From NCBI GenBank assembly GCA_003598025.1, contig QZKH01000003.1, positions 42,048 through 106,047 of the forward strand: DNA of 64,000 bases, given 5' to 3'. Position 1 is the first letter of the stretch; every line of letters begins with the position of its first letter. This document shows, piece by piece, positions 1 through 9,707 of the stretch. The notes under the pieces were generated by a model that was given only the letters and a program-made list of their open reading frames with translations, searched no databases and was not told the origin of the DNA. The stretch is from Candidatus Omnitrophota bacterium (GTDB taxonomy: Bacteria; Omnitrophota; Gorgyraeia; Gygaellales; Profunditerraquicolaceae). Made by a program: the position numbers and the translations under genes.

Positions 1-1759
1 TACCTCTATGACCGGAGGGGTGCCGCAGGAGATAACTTATAGCGAGTTTTATAGGATCTTAAAGGACAATCCTGATAAGATAAAAACCCTGGCTAAAACA
101 GATACTGAATTGCAAGGTGTATTTGCCGATGACAGCAAATTCAAATTAACCATACCTGATAATGACCAGGAATTGCTTAGCCTTATAAGGACTAATGTTA
201 AGCATTTTGAAGTAAAACCGCTAAGGACTTTTTGGGCGGCATTGATATTTAATTTAGGCCCAATATTAATATTGATTCTATTTTGGTGGCTTATGGCTTC
301 ACGAGGCGAGCAGCTTGGCAACAGGGTCATGTCTTTTGGTAAGGTGCGGCCGAGGATGCATAATGAAAATGATTCGGGCAAAGCCACATTTAATGATGTT
401 GCAGGTGTTGACGAAGCAAAAGAAGAATTGGCAGAAGTAATTGAATTCCTCAAGGACCCGAAGAAATTCCAGAGATTGGGAGGCAAGATCCCCAAAGGCG
501 TTCTATTGGTAGGGCCGCCTGGATGCGGGAAAACTCTCATTGCCAGGGCTGTCGCCGGAGAGGCAGGAGTACCTTTTTTCAGTATTTCAGGCTCGGATTT
601 TGTTGAGATGTTTGTCGGTGTTGGAGCAAGCCGGGTAAGGGATTTATTCGAGCAGGGGAGGCGCGCGGCCAAATCTTCTTCCAAGGGCGCAATTATATTT
701 ATAGATGAAATAGATGCGGTGGGCAGGCTGCGTTTTTCCGGAATTGGCGGCGGTCATGATGAGAGAGAACAGACACTTAACGCCCTGTTAGTAGAGATGG
801 ATGGATTTGATCCTACCCAGGGGTTGATACTTATTGCGGCAACGAACAGGCCGGATACGCTTGATCCGGCTTTACTCCGTCCGGGCAGATTTGACCGGCA
901 TGTGATTGTGCATCTGCCGGATATAAAAGGCAGGGAGGAAATCCTTAAGGTGCACACCCGTAAGATCAAGGTTTCTACGAACGTAAATTTTAAGGTATTG
1001 GCAGCATCTACTCCCGGGTTTTCGGGAGCTGACCTGGCAAACCTTTGTAATGAGGCAGCTTTGCTTGCTGCTAGATTTAACAGGGAGTCCGTGGAGATGG
1101 TTGATTTTGAAAAGTCAATTGAAAGGCTGCTTATGGGCCCGGAAAAGAAAAGCAGGATTATGTCTAAAAAAGAAAAAGAGATTACCGCAGTCCATGAATC
1201 AGGGCACGCGTTACTGTCATTGCTTATACCGGAAGTAAATCCGCTTAGGAAAGTTTCCATAATTCCACGGGGTATGGCTGGCGGATATACTTTCACTCCG
1301 CCGCTGGAAGATAAACATTATTGGCTAAGGAGTGAATTGATGGGTGAAATAGCCTTGATGCTCGGAGGCAGGGCTTCTGAAGAGTTGACGTTTAATGAAG
1401 TTACAACAGGCGCGCAGAATGACCTGGAGGTTGCAACGCAGATGGCCAGAAAAATGGTATGCCAGTATGGTATGTCAAAGAGATTGGGCAATGTTACTTT
1501 AGGCAAAAGGGAAGGAATGATTTTTCTTGGAAGGGATATTGTTGAAGAGAGGAATTATAGCGAGGAAACGGCAAGAGTAATAGATGAAGAAGTAAAAAAC
1601 ATTGTTGATGATGGTTATAAGAGGGCAAAAGAGTTATTGCAGCAGGAAGGCGATAAATTGAAGGTATTGGCTAGCGCACTTATTGAGAAGGAAGTGCTTG
1701 ACGCCGAAGAAGTAAAGAAGCTCTTGGGGATTGAGAAGAAAGATAAAGACGTAGCTTGA
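1..1759 (+). CDS. ftsH: ATP-dependent zinc metalloprotease FtsH (5' end probably upstream of window)
   Basis: Walker [38 protein letters not shown] zinc motif; only one TM helix is visible, so the first TM probably lies before base 1. Confidence 0.97.
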   Translation, partial: TSMTGGVPQEITYSEFYRILKDNPDKIKTLAKTDTELQGVFADDSKFKLTIPDNDQELLSLIRTNVKHFEVKPLRTFWAALIFNLGPILILILFWWLMASRGEQLGNRVMSFGKVRPRMHNENDSGKATFNDVAGVDEAKEELAEVIEFLKDPKKFQRLGGKIPKGVLLVGPPGCGKTLIARAVAGEAGVPFFSISGSDFVEMFVGVGASRVRDLFEQGRRAAKSSSKGAIIFIDEIDAVGRLRFSGIGGGHDEREQTLNALLVEMDGFDPTQGLILIAATNRPDTLDPALLRPGRFDRHVIVHLPDIKGREEILKVHTRKIKVSTNVNFKVLAASTPGFSGADLANLCNEAALLAARFNRESVEMVDFEKSIERLLMGPEKKSRIMSKKEKEITAVHESGHALLSLLIPEVNPLRKVSIIPRGMAGGYTFTPPLEDKHYWLRSELMGEIALMLGGRASEELTFNEVTTGAQNDLEVATQMARKMVCQYGMSKRLGNVTLGKREGMIFLGRDIVEERNYSEETARVIDEEVKNIVDDGYKRAKELLQQEGDKLKVLASALIEKEVLDAEEVKKLLGIEKKDKDVA

Positions 1760-1765
1760 ATTGAT

Positions 1766-2974
1766 ATGCGCATCATCGATATAGCCAAGCCGGGAGATTT
1801 AAAGAATTTGATGGAGAGGCTGAAAGTTGATCCATACGGGATCAAGATAATGCTTCCAAAGGGATTGTCTTTTGCCGTAAAGATAGATTCTTTGGATTCG
1901 ATAGCAGCAAATATTTTGAAACAGCAGATGCTTTCTTTGGGGGGTGATGTAGCGCTTCCAAGAGGGATTTTGACCGGCAAGCTAAAGAACACCGACTGCC
2001 TGCTTTTAGGTAACCTTTATCAACTGAGCCAATTAATCAAGAAGCTTAAATTGCAGCCCTTCGGGTTAAAGGAATTATCTTTTAGGCTAGATTCTCTGCT
2101 TGATAGTTATCAAAAGGTAAACTTTGAGCTGGATCTACCTTCCGGCAGGATGCGTTTAGGCTCTAAGCCCCGCATCATGGGTATAATTAATATTACTCCT
2201 GATTCTTTCAGCGGTGACGGCGTACTTAAAACATCTCTGATTTCAAAGAGTATTTGTTTGGCTGATATAGTTGATAAAGCGCATAGAATGATAAAGGATG
2301 GCGCTGATATTATTGATGTCGGAGGAGAATCTTCCAGACCCGGGTCTTTACCGGTATCATATAAAGAAGAACTGAATAGGGTTATCCCTGTTATAAAGGT
2401 TCTTACAAAAAAGACAAAGGCGCCAATCTCAGTGGATACTTATAAGCCGGAAGTTGCCAGGCAAGCGTTGGATAACGGTGCCGCAATCGTAAACGATATC
2501 AGCGGATTGCGGAACAGAAATATGGCTAAGATTATCGCAAAATATAAGGGGGCAGTTGTGATAATGCATATGAAAGGCCGGCCCCGTTCGATGCAGAGAA
2601 ATCCCGTTTATGATTCAGTGGTTGATGATATTAGCGGATTTCTTAAAGGGCAGATAGATTATGCCGTTGCCAGCGGTATTCCTGCCAACAGGATTGTTAT
2701 TGATCCTGGCATTGGTTTTGGAAAGACCACTGAACATAATCTTGAAATTCTGCGCAGGCTAAGGGAATTCAGGTCTTTAGGAGAGCCTGTGCTTATTGGG
2801 CCGTCAAGGAAGGCATTTATAGGCAAAATATTAAAGGCTGATTGCTTTGACAGGGTTGCCGGTACAACCGCTGCTTGCGTATTGGCAGCAAAGAACGGAG
2901 CAAATATTGTGAGGGTGCATGATGTCAGGCAAATAGCCCAGGCTTTGAAGGTAAGCCATAGTATATTAAACTAA
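1766..2974 (+). CDS. folP: Dihydropteroate synthase with N-terminal extension (H. pylori/Campylobacter-type, putative dihydropteroate reductase domain)
   Basis: MGIINITPDSFSGDG, DVGGESSRPG, DPGIGFGK, SRKAFIG, RVHDV; about 130 aa N-terminal extension with AANILKQ...GGD and KLKLQPFGL. Confidence 0.93.
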   Translation: MRIIDIAKPGDLKNLMERLKVDPYGIKIMLPKGLSFAVKIDSLDSIAANILKQQMLSLGGDVALPRGILTGKLKNTDCLLLGNLYQLSQLIKKLKLQPFGLKELSFRLDSLLDSYQKVNFELDLPSGRMRLGSKPRIMGIINITPDSFSGDGVLKTSLISKSICLADIVDKAHRMIKDGADIIDVGGESSRPGSLPVSYKEELNRVIPVIKVLTKKTKAPISVDTYKPEVARQALDNGAAIVNDISGLRNRNMAKIIAKYKGAVVIMHMKGRPRSMQRNPVYDSVVDDISGFLKGQIDYAVASGIPANRIVIDPGIGFGKTTEHNLEILRRLREFRSLGEPVLIGPSRKAFIGKILKADCFDRVAGTTAACVLAAKNGANIVRVHDVRQIAQALKVSHSILN

Positions 2975-2975
2975 A

Positions 2976-3782
2976 ATGTGGAGACCGATAATTGAAATAT
3001 TTGTACTTTGGTTTGTGATTTATCATATTATCCTGTTTTTTGAGGGTACGCGCGCTGTCCAGGTATTAAGAGGGATTATCACGCTTTTGATAGCCTTCTT
3101 TTTGTTCCAGATACTCGGTTTTGAGGTTTTGGATTGGCTGTTAACCAAGCTTTTTGGTATATCAATCATAGCAATATTAATAATATTCCATCCTGAGATA
3201 AGGCAGGGTTTGGCCAGGATTGGGCAAAGGCATTTATTTGCTACTACATTAAAGGAAGAAGAAATTGACTTTATGTTGAAGCAGATACTTGAGGCGGCTA
3301 TTAATCTTTCCAAGGGCAGAATAGGCGCGCTAATAGTGATTGAAAAGAATGACCCTTTAAACGCATATATGCAAAGCGGCGTCAGTATTGATGCAAAAGT
3401 TTCCCAGGAATTAATCCAGGCAATATTTACTCCCTATAATCCATTGCATGACGGAGGCATAATTATACAGCACGGAAGGATTTCGGCAGCGGGATGCATC
3501 TTTCCATTTACTCAGAATCAAGACTTAAGCAGGATATTCGGCACAAGACATAGGGCCGCGCTTGGCTTAAGCGAGGAAACGGATGCGCTTGTAGTTATTG
3601 TCTCTGAAGAGCGGCAGGATATTTCTTTGGTTTACAGAGGCAGGCTCCACCGCGGGCTTACCCAGGATGAGATGCTTTCTAAAATAAAAGAAACACTGAA
3701 ATTAAAGAAAGAAGACAACAAAGTTAAAGAGGCGCCAGATAATGGAAATGAAGGAACTCCCGAAAATAAAAATCAGCCGTAG
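2976..3782 (+). CDS. cdaA: Diadenylate cyclase CdaA (membrane-bound DAC)
   Basis: Three N-terminal TM helices; LHDGG and GTRHRAALG DAC motifs; VSEE. Confidence 0.93.
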   Translation: MWRPIIEIFVLWFVIYHIILFFEGTRAVQVLRGIITLLIAFFLFQILGFEVLDWLLTKLFGISIIAILIIFHPEIRQGLARIGQRHLFATTLKEEEIDFMLKQILEAAINLSKGRIGALIVIEKNDPLNAYMQSGVSIDAKVSQELIQAIFTPYNPLHDGGIIIQHGRISAAGCIFPFTQNQDLSRIFGTRHRAALGLSEETDALVVIVSEERQDISLVYRGRLHRGLTQDEMLSKIKETLKLKKEDNKVKEAPDNGNEGTPENKNQP

Positions 3783-3891
3783 AGTTATGCATTGGCTTGT
3801 GAGCCATCCTTGGCTTAAGCTTATTGCCTTGATTTTGGCAATAATAGTGTGGTTCTATGTCAGAGGGGAAATAACCCGGTTCAATTATTAA
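3742..3891 (+). CDS. 49-aa TM-only CdaR/YbbR-like small protein (missing from ORF track)
   Basis: Manual translation MEMKELPKIKISRRVMHWLVSHPWLKLIALILAIIVWFYVRGEITRFNY; the LK..L.LA...W.YV helix resembles the CdaR N-terminal anchor; lies directly after cdaA. Confidence 0.65.
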   Translation: MEMKELPKIKISRRVMHWLVSHPWLKLIALILAIIVWFYVRGEITRFNY

Positions 3892-3893
3892 AT

Positions 3894-4610
3894 ATGCTTA
3901 AGCTGGGAGTTAATGTTGATCATGTAGCGACAATCAGGCAGGCAAGAGGCGGTTGTTATCCTGACCCGGTTAATGCAGGGCTCATATGCGAGTCATCCGG
4001 GGCAGATAGCATAGTCGCGCATTTAAGAGAAGACAGAAGACACATTCAGGAGAGAGACCTGTTCCTTTTAAGGAAGTTGTTACGCACCAGGCTTAATCTT
4101 GAGATGTCTTGCTCTGATGAAATTGTGCGGGTGGCTCTTAAGGTTTTGCCTGACCAGGCGACTTTAGTCCCGGAAAAGAGGCAGGAGTTAACCACTGAAG
4201 GCGGGCTTGATGTGCTGGCTAATATGCCGCAGGTCATAAAAGCCTGTAGAGCGCTTAAGAATAAGAATATTGATGTAAGCATCTTTCTTGACCCCGATAA
4301 AAAACAAATTGATGCTTCTAAAAAGATCGGGGTTAAGATGATTGAATTGCATACGGGCAGGTTTGCCAATAGCCGCAATAAACAGCAGTACAATAAAAAT
4401 TTTTTAGAATTGAAAAAGGCTGCGCGTTATGCCGCAAAATGCGGCTTGCGGGTTTTTGCAGGGCATGGTTTGAATTATGATAACGTCCCGGATATAGTTA
4501 AGATAAAAGAGATCGAAGAGTTAAACATAGGCCATGCTATTATTTCCCGGGCTCTGTTCGTCGGGCTTCGGTACGCGGTAACAGAGATGAAAAATTTGAT
4601 AAAGAGATGA
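3894..4610 (+). CDS. pdxJ: Pyridoxine 5'-phosphate synthase
   Basis: LGVNVDHVATIRQAR, HLREDRRHIQ, LTTEGGLD, IELHTG, AGHGL, ELNIGH; start moved to ATG 3894. Confidence 0.96.
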   Translation: MLKLGVNVDHVATIRQARGGCYPDPVNAGLICESSGADSIVAHLREDRRHIQERDLFLLRKLLRTRLNLEMSCSDEIVRVALKVLPDQATLVPEKRQELTTEGGLDVLANMPQVIKACRALKNKNIDVSIFLDPDKKQIDASKKIGVKMIELHTGRFANSRNKQQYNKNFLELKKAARYAAKCGLRVFAGHGLNYDNVPDIVKIKEIEELNIGHAIISRALFVGLRYAVTEMKNLIKR

Positions 4611-4963
4611 TGGTAGGCACCGGAGTAGATATTACGGAAGTAAGAAGGCTGCGTCAGGCAGTAGATAAATGGGGCGACAGTTTCTTAAGCAGGGTATTTA
4701 CGAAAGAAGAATTAAAAAATGCCCGGGGAAGGGTAAGCCTATATCAACATCTTGCCGGCAGATTTGCGGCCAAAGAAGCGGTATTTAAAGCTTTAGGCGA
4801 TCCGGACTTGACCTGGCAGGATGTAGAGATTATTAATGACAGGCAGGGTAAACCTCATTGTAAGCTGCTTAATTATAAGAAAAAGGATGTCGATATTTTG
4901 ATATCGATCTCTCATGTAAAAAGCTATGCGGTTGCCAGCGCGATTATTACAGAGAAGACCTGA
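4607..4963 (+). CDS. acpS: Holo-[acyl-carrier-protein] synthase
   Basis: GTGVDI, LAGRFAAKEAVFKALG, GKP, ISISH. Confidence 0.95.
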   Translation: MMVGTGVDITEVRRLRQAVDKWGDSFLSRVFTKEELKNARGRVSLYQHLAGRFAAKEAVFKALGDPDLTWQDVEIINDRQGKPHCKLLNYKKKDVDILISISHVKSYAVASAIITEKT

Positions 4964-5789
4964 TGCTCATAAAGGAGATTTCGGACATATATTCATTTTG
5001 GCCGGTTCGTTGCGATTTTCCGGAGCAGCAGTTCTATGCGCAGAGGCAGCGATGCGCTGCGGGGCAGGGCTGGTAACCCTGGGGGTGCCAGAAAATGTAG
5101 CCCGTCCGATAATAAAGTTTAAGCCCAGGGAAATAATGCTCCTTCCTTTGCATGAGACAAAAGAAGGCACGTTAAGTCCGTCTGGATATAAAAAGATAAA
5201 AAATTTCGCAATTACCGCTGATATATTGGCTTTAGGGCCTGGTCTTTCTCAAAATAAATCAACCCAAACTTTAATCCGTAAGATTGTGGCCACGGTAAAT
5301 AAACCTATGGTTATCGATGCTGACGGTCTAAATGCCTTAATAGGCAACTTAGGGATTTTATCCGCTAAACCATATACGCTAAACCCTAAAATATTGACCC
5401 CTCATCCTGGAGAAATGGCAAAGCTTTTGGGCACAAGCATTAAAAAGATTCAGAAACAAAGAAAAGATGCAGCAGTAAACTTTGCTAAGAAATACAAAGT
5501 AACCGTAGTCTTAAAAGGACATAATACGATAGTCGCTGATTATAAAAATAATTTATATGTAAATAAGACCGGTAACCCCGGTATGGCTACTGCTGGAAGC
5601 GGGGATGTTTTGACTGGTATCGTGTCAGCTTTCTTAGCGCAAGGTTTGGATAGTTTTAGCGCAGCTAAATTTGGGGTGTATATTCACGGATTAGCAGGTG
5701 ATCTGGCAGCAAAAGAGAAAACGGAAATTAGCTTGATTGCTTCGGATTTAATTGGTAAAATTCCCGATGCAATAAAGATCAGTTCTTAG
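4926..5789 (+). CDS. nnrD: ADP-dependent NAD(P)H-hydrate dehydratase (stand-alone)
   Basis: HKGDFG, GAGLV, GPGL, IDADGLN, LTPHPGE, LKG, GNPGMATAGSGDVLTG. Confidence 0.93.
   Translation: MRLPARLLQRRPDAHKGDFGHIFILAGSLRFSGAAVLCAEAAMRCGAGLVTLGVPENVARPIIKFKPREIMLLPLHETKEGTLSPSGYKKIKNFAITADILALGPGLSQNKSTQTLIRKIVATVNKPMVIDADGLNALIGNLGILSAKPYTLNPKILTPHPGEMAKLLGTSIKKIQKQRKDAAVNFAKKYKVTVVLKGHNTIVADYKNNLYVNKTGNPGMATAGSGDVLTGIVSAFLAQGLDSFSAAKFGVYIHGLAGDLAAKEKTEISLIASDLIGKIPDAIKISS
5363..5390 (+). repeat. In-frame heptamer tract inside nnrD
   Basis: cgctaaa ccatata cgctaaa ccctaaa, encoding AKPYTLNPK in the loop before ILTPHPGE. Confidence 0.6.
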
Positions 5790-5827
5790 ATATATTCTGA
5801 AAAAGTTTATCTTAGTACTAATGTATT

Positions 5828-5900
5828 GCCGGCGTAGCTCAGTCGGTAGAGCAGCTGTTTTGTAAACAGCGGGTCGGGGGTTCGATTCCTCTCGCCGGCT
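5828..5900 (+). tRNA. tRNA-Thr(UGU)
   Basis: Cloverleaf: acceptor gccggcg/cgccggc, anticodon arm gctgt-tttgtaa-acagc, T loop ttcgatt. Confidence 0.95.
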
Positions 5901-6262
5901 TAAATGAGGCCACAACTTATGGAGCAAATGAAATGAGCGAACATAAGTTGTTTGGCCGAATTTATCCCGAGTGTACGAAGCAGATTTATTGAAATCTGCG
6001 AGTGCTTACACGAGGGATGTAAAATGATAGTTCATAGTTGATAGTTCATTGTTCATGGATATTGGTATATTTCTATGAACCTTGAACCATGAACTAATAT
6101 GATATGAACACCCGAACCGAAAGGGGTGTGGGGAATTTCCCCACGTTGTCGGGGTGACAGCGAACATAGTGAGCGCCATAGGGGCAGAGCCCCTATGGAG
6201 AGCGAGCGGTGATTGAAGACTTGGCGAGCGAGGGTCGGGGGTTCGATTCCTCTCGCCGGCTT
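5871..6262 (+). mobile_element. Palindrome-rich 330-bp segment bounded by a 31-bp direct repeat of the tRNA-Thr 3' end
   Basis: gggtcgggggttcgattcctctcgccggctt at 5871-5901 and 6232-6262; the interior consists of hairpins. Confidence 0.75.
6027..6098. repeat. Family A (GTTCATA/TATGAAC) inverted heptamer element
   Basis: atagttcatagttgatagttcattgttcatgg ... ctatgaaccttgaaccatgaactaat. Confidence 0.85.
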
Positions 6263-6263
6263 T

Positions 6264-6333
6264 ACAAAGTCACCAAGTCACAAGGACACACGTCACAAGT
6301 TTATGTGACGTTGTGACTTTGTGTCATTGTGAC
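6264..6333. repeat. Family B (GTCACAA(A)/TTGTGAC) inverted 7/8-mer element
   Basis: gtcaccaa gtcacaag gacacac gtcacaag ... tgtgacg ttgtgact ttgtgtca ttgtgac. Confidence 0.85.
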
Positions 6334-6359
6334 AAACACTATTTTTGTTATATTGTTTC

Positions 6360-6445
6360 GGGCAGGTACCCAAGTGGCCAAAGGGGGCAGACTGTAAATC
6401 TGCTGCACCTGTGCTTCGGGGGTTCGAATCCCTCCCTGCCCACCA
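6360..6445 (+). tRNA. tRNA-Tyr(GUA)
   Basis: gggcagg/cctgccc acceptor, gcaga-ctgtaaa-tctgc, long variable arm, ttcgaat, encoded CCA. Confidence 0.95.
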
Positions 6446-6467
6446 GTTTGCCTTATTTTCACTCATT

Positions 6468-6538
6468 GCGGGTGTAGTTCAATGGCAGAACAATAGCCTT
6501 CCAAGCTATATATGTCGGTCCGATTCCGATCACCCGCT
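6468..6538 (+). tRNA. tRNA-Gly(UCC)
   Basis: gcgggtg/cacccgc acceptor, anticodon arm atagc-cttccaa-gctat; T loop is tccgatt (atypical). Confidence 0.85.
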
Positions 6539-6620
6539 TTAATTTCAGCTGGGTGGCGGGATAAGCACGCTTGTATGTTGCCCGCTGTTAGAGTTTAAAT
6601 ATTTACAAATGAGGAAATAA

Positions 6621-8117
6621 ATGTTTCCATTCAGCCAAAGAAGAGAAATAAGGGGTATCGATAACCTTTTACCTAAGCTTATCGACCATGCCAATGTTTT
6701 AGTACTTTATTTGGATAATCATGGTTTTATAACCATGACGAATAAGAAAGTCGAAGAGATAACTGGTAAGCGCAGGGAAGATATTATCGGACGCGGCTGG
6801 ATGGATGTGCTGTTTTCAAAAAAGAACCCGACAATTAAAAAACAGATGTTTAAGGCTGTAGTTGATGATTCTATTCTCTATAAACGCTTAAACGGATTTG
6901 AAGGAATAATAGTTGACGCAAATGGCAACGAGCGCCTGATATCCTGGAGTATAAACCCCATACTATCCGAATCTAAGGATCTTGGAGGTGTTTCTTTGTT
7001 GGAAGGAGTTCTGTTTATCGGCAACGATATTACAGAGCTTAGAGAGAAGGGCGCTTCGCTTAAGAAAATCGATGATGCGCTTAAGGATTTGTTTGTCAAC
7101 ATAAAAGAATACGCTTTATATGTTACAAATTTAGACGGTAATATTACGTATTATGGGATAGGCGCCGAAAAGATGTTCGGGTGGCTTAAAAACGAAATCA
7201 TTTTTAAGCACGTTAGTGTTTTGCACCAGCCTGCGACAGCTAAAGAAGTACTTGATAATATTTTCGATAGGGTGAAAAATGCCGGCCAATATGAATCAGA
7301 AATTAATCTGGTAAAAAAGGATAATCAGGAATTTCCGGTTATTCTTACGGTCAGCCAGTTTCTTGATAACGAAGGGAAGTTGATAGGTTTTACCTTTATA
7401 GCTAAAGATATTACAGAAAGAAAGAAGATGGAGTTTCAGATACTTCAGTCTGAAAAACTGGCAGCTATAGGCCAGCTTGCTGCTGGTATGGCTCACGAAA
7501 TCAATAATCCGCTCTTTGTTATTTCCGGACGGCTGGAAATGCTCTTTGATCAGGGTGGATTGGATGAAAAAGTTGCTGAAGATTTGAAGATTATCAACTC
7601 ACAGGCAGACAGGATCAGAAAGCTAGTTGACCGGTTACTGAAGTTTGCTAGGCAAAGCCAATTGAAGCTCGAACCTTTGAATATAAACGATGTTATAGAG
7701 GGAGTTATCCCGTTTTTGTCGTATCAGAAATTGCCTGTTTCTCAGATTAAACTGGTCAAGGAGTTTGATAAAAGCCTGCCAATGGTTAAAGGCGAATTAA
7801 ATCAGCTGCAGGAAGTTTTTATTAACCTTCTCATCAATGGGTATCAGGCTATGTCTGTTAATGGCGGCCAATTGACAGTCAAGACCAGCCTGTACCTTGG
7901 AAGTTTTGTAGAAGTCAGTATTACTGATACCGGCGGAGGCATAAAACCCGAAAACCTTAAAAATATATTTATGCCGTTTTTTTCAACTAAAAAAGACGGT
8001 ACCGGCTTGGGGCTTTCAATCTGCCATAATATTATTCAAAATCACGGCGGGACAATCTCGGTTGAGAATGCACCCGGAAAGGGCACTACTTTTATAGTAA
8101 GGTTGCCAATTATTTAA
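6621..8117 (+). CDS. Cytoplasmic PAS-PAS sensor histidine kinase (NtrB-like)
   Basis: Two PAS/PAC repeats ending DITE; EKLAAIGQLAAGMAHEINNPL H-box; N, G1 (DTGGGI), F, G2 (GTGLGLS) boxes. Confidence 0.92.
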   Translation: MFPFSQRREIRGIDNLLPKLIDHANVLVLYLDNHGFITMTNKKVEEITGKRREDIIGRGWMDVLFSKKNPTIKKQMFKAVVDDSILYKRLNGFEGIIVDANGNERLISWSINPILSESKDLGGVSLLEGVLFIGNDITELREKGASLKKIDDALKDLFVNIKEYALYVTNLDGNITYYGIGAEKMFGWLKNEIIFKHVSVLHQPATAKEVLDNIFDRVKNAGQYESEINLVKKDNQEFPVILTVSQFLDNEGKLIGFTFIAKDITERKKMEFQILQSEKLAAIGQLAAGMAHEINNPLFVISGRLEMLFDQGGLDEKVAEDLKIINSQADRIRKLVDRLLKFARQSQLKLEPLNINDVIEGVIPFLSYQKLPVSQIKLVKEFDKSLPMVKGELNQLQEVFINLLINGYQAMSVNGGQLTVKTSLYLGSFVEVSITDTGGGIKPENLKNIFMPFFSTKKDGTGLGLSICHNIIQNHGGTISVENAPGKGTTFIVRLPII

Positions 8118-8131
8118 AACAGGAGGAAGTT

Positions 8132-8524
8132 ATGTCTTATAAAGTGCTGGTAGTTGATGACGAAGCTCCGGTAAGAGAATTGTTTCATGATTTGTTGGTA
8201 AAAGAAGGTTGCAATGTAAAAGTTTGTGCATCAGGCGAAGAGGCGTTGGAGCTGGTTAATGGCGAAGATTTTGACGTTATACTCCTGGATATCAAGTTAT
8301 CCGGCATGAATGGGCTTGAGGCTTTAAAAAAGATAAAGGATATAAAGCCAAAAGCCATAGTTATAATGATAACCGGATTTGGCTATGATGAGGAGCTTAT
8401 TAATAAATCAAAACAACTTGGCTGCTCAGGATACATAGGAAAAAATATGCCTATTTCGCAGATAATCAGCAATTTCAAGTTGTTTACAAAGTCTGCAACA
8501 GAGAAATTAAAAAAAGATAATTAA
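8132..8524 (+). CDS. Single-domain response regulator receiver (CheY-like)
   Basis: VLVVDDE, LLDIKL phospho-Asp, MITG, K in YIGK. Confidence 0.9.
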   Translation: MSYKVLVVDDEAPVRELFHDLLVKEGCNVKVCASGEEALELVNGEDFDVILLDIKLSGMNGLEALKKIKDIKPKAIVIMITGFGYDEELINKSKQLGCSGYIGKNMPISQIISNFKLFTKSATEKLKKDN

Positions 8525-8536
8525 CCGGAAGATAAA

Positions 8537-9286
8537 ATGACTGATCAATTATTGAGGCCAGTTTATATTGACGCATTTGATTTAGATGATGCCTGGTTCC
8601 AGTGCTTAAGCGCAATCCTGGAAAAAGGGCATGTTTATACGATAACCCGAGGCAGTTATGAAGGCCAGAAAAGGCTTGAATTTGATTTTGCCGTTGTAAG
8701 GGTAAAGAAACCCTCTCATCAGATTATACCGGTTATACCTGAAGGCATGAGTATACCGGCGCCTACAGATATGGATTACATCCAGGGTTATTTAAGCTAT
8801 CTGTTGACCGGGGCTAAAACAGAGACTGAGGATTACACTTATGGAGAACGGCTGGTTGACCCGAAGGTCAAGGTAAAAACCGCAGGAGCCGGCAACAATA
8901 TCTATAATGAAATACCATTGGATGTCAATCAGGTGGATGAAGTGATAAAAATTTATAAGGAAAAAGGACATGGTACTAATCAGGCAATCATGGAAATAGG
9001 GATGCCATCTGATATAAAATTGGTCGATCCGCCTTGTCTTAGGTTGATTGATACTCGTATCAGGTATGGTAAGCTGCATTTTATTTTATATTTCCGTTCC
9101 TGGGATTTATGGGGAGGGTTTCCTTCCAACCTTGGCGGCTTGCAGTTGGTCAAGCAATATATGGCTGATGAAATAGGTGTCGGCGATGGTGAGATTATTG
9201 CTGCGAGTAAAGGCCTGCATCTATATGATTACTCGTGGGATTTAGCTAAAATTAGGACTAATAAAAATAATTTACAGATAGCTTAA
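8537..9286 (+). CDS. thyA: Thymidylate synthase, archaeal-type ThyA
   Basis: YTYGERL, PPCLR catalytic Cys, YFRSWDLWGGFPSN, GLHLY. Confidence 0.82.
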   Translation: MTDQLLRPVYIDAFDLDDAWFQCLSAILEKGHVYTITRGSYEGQKRLEFDFAVVRVKKPSHQIIPVIPEGMSIPAPTDMDYIQGYLSYLLTGAKTETEDYTYGERLVDPKVKVKTAGAGNNIYNEIPLDVNQVDEVIKIYKEKGHGTNQAIMEIGMPSDIKLVDPPCLRLIDTRIRYGKLHFILYFRSWDLWGGFPSNLGGLQLVKQYMADEIGVGDGEIIAASKGLHLYDYSWDLAKIRTNKNNLQIA

Positions 9287-9287
9287 T

Positions 9288-9707
9288 ATGGATAAACATC
9301 AGGGTCCGCACAACAAAACAGAGCGCAGGGAATTTTCCAGGCTTGATTATCTTAAGCCGCTTGCTTTCAAGGTATGTAAGCCGGAGATCATAGATAAATT
9401 ATTGGAGGGCTACACCAGCAATATAAGCCAGTCAGGCATATTATGCAACATAAGAGACAATGTGGTTTCGGGAGATATCGTCTGGCTTTCTTTCGACAGG
9501 TCGACTTTAAGTATCTGCGAAGATATAGAGAGGCGGTGTTTTATCTATCAGAACGGCATAATAGGAAAAGTGGTCAGGATCGAACATAAAGAGGACGGTT
9601 CATTTAACGTGGGTTTGAAGTTTGTAACGCGTGAAGAAAGAAATGATACAAACATACATCCAAAGATTTACTTTCTTCAAATGGGTTTGAATAAAAACAA
9701 TGAATAA
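9288..9707 (+). CDS. PilZ domain protein (c-di-GMP receptor)
   Basis: ERREFSR (RxxxR) and NISQSG (N/DxSxxG); GKVVR, GLKF. Confidence 0.8.
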   Translation: MDKHQGPHNKTERREFSRLDYLKPLAFKVCKPEIIDKLLEGYTSNISQSGILCNIRDNVVSGDIVWLSFDRSTLSICEDIERRCFIYQNGIIGKVVRIEHKEDGSFNVGLKFVTREERNDTNIHPKIYFLQMGLNKNNE

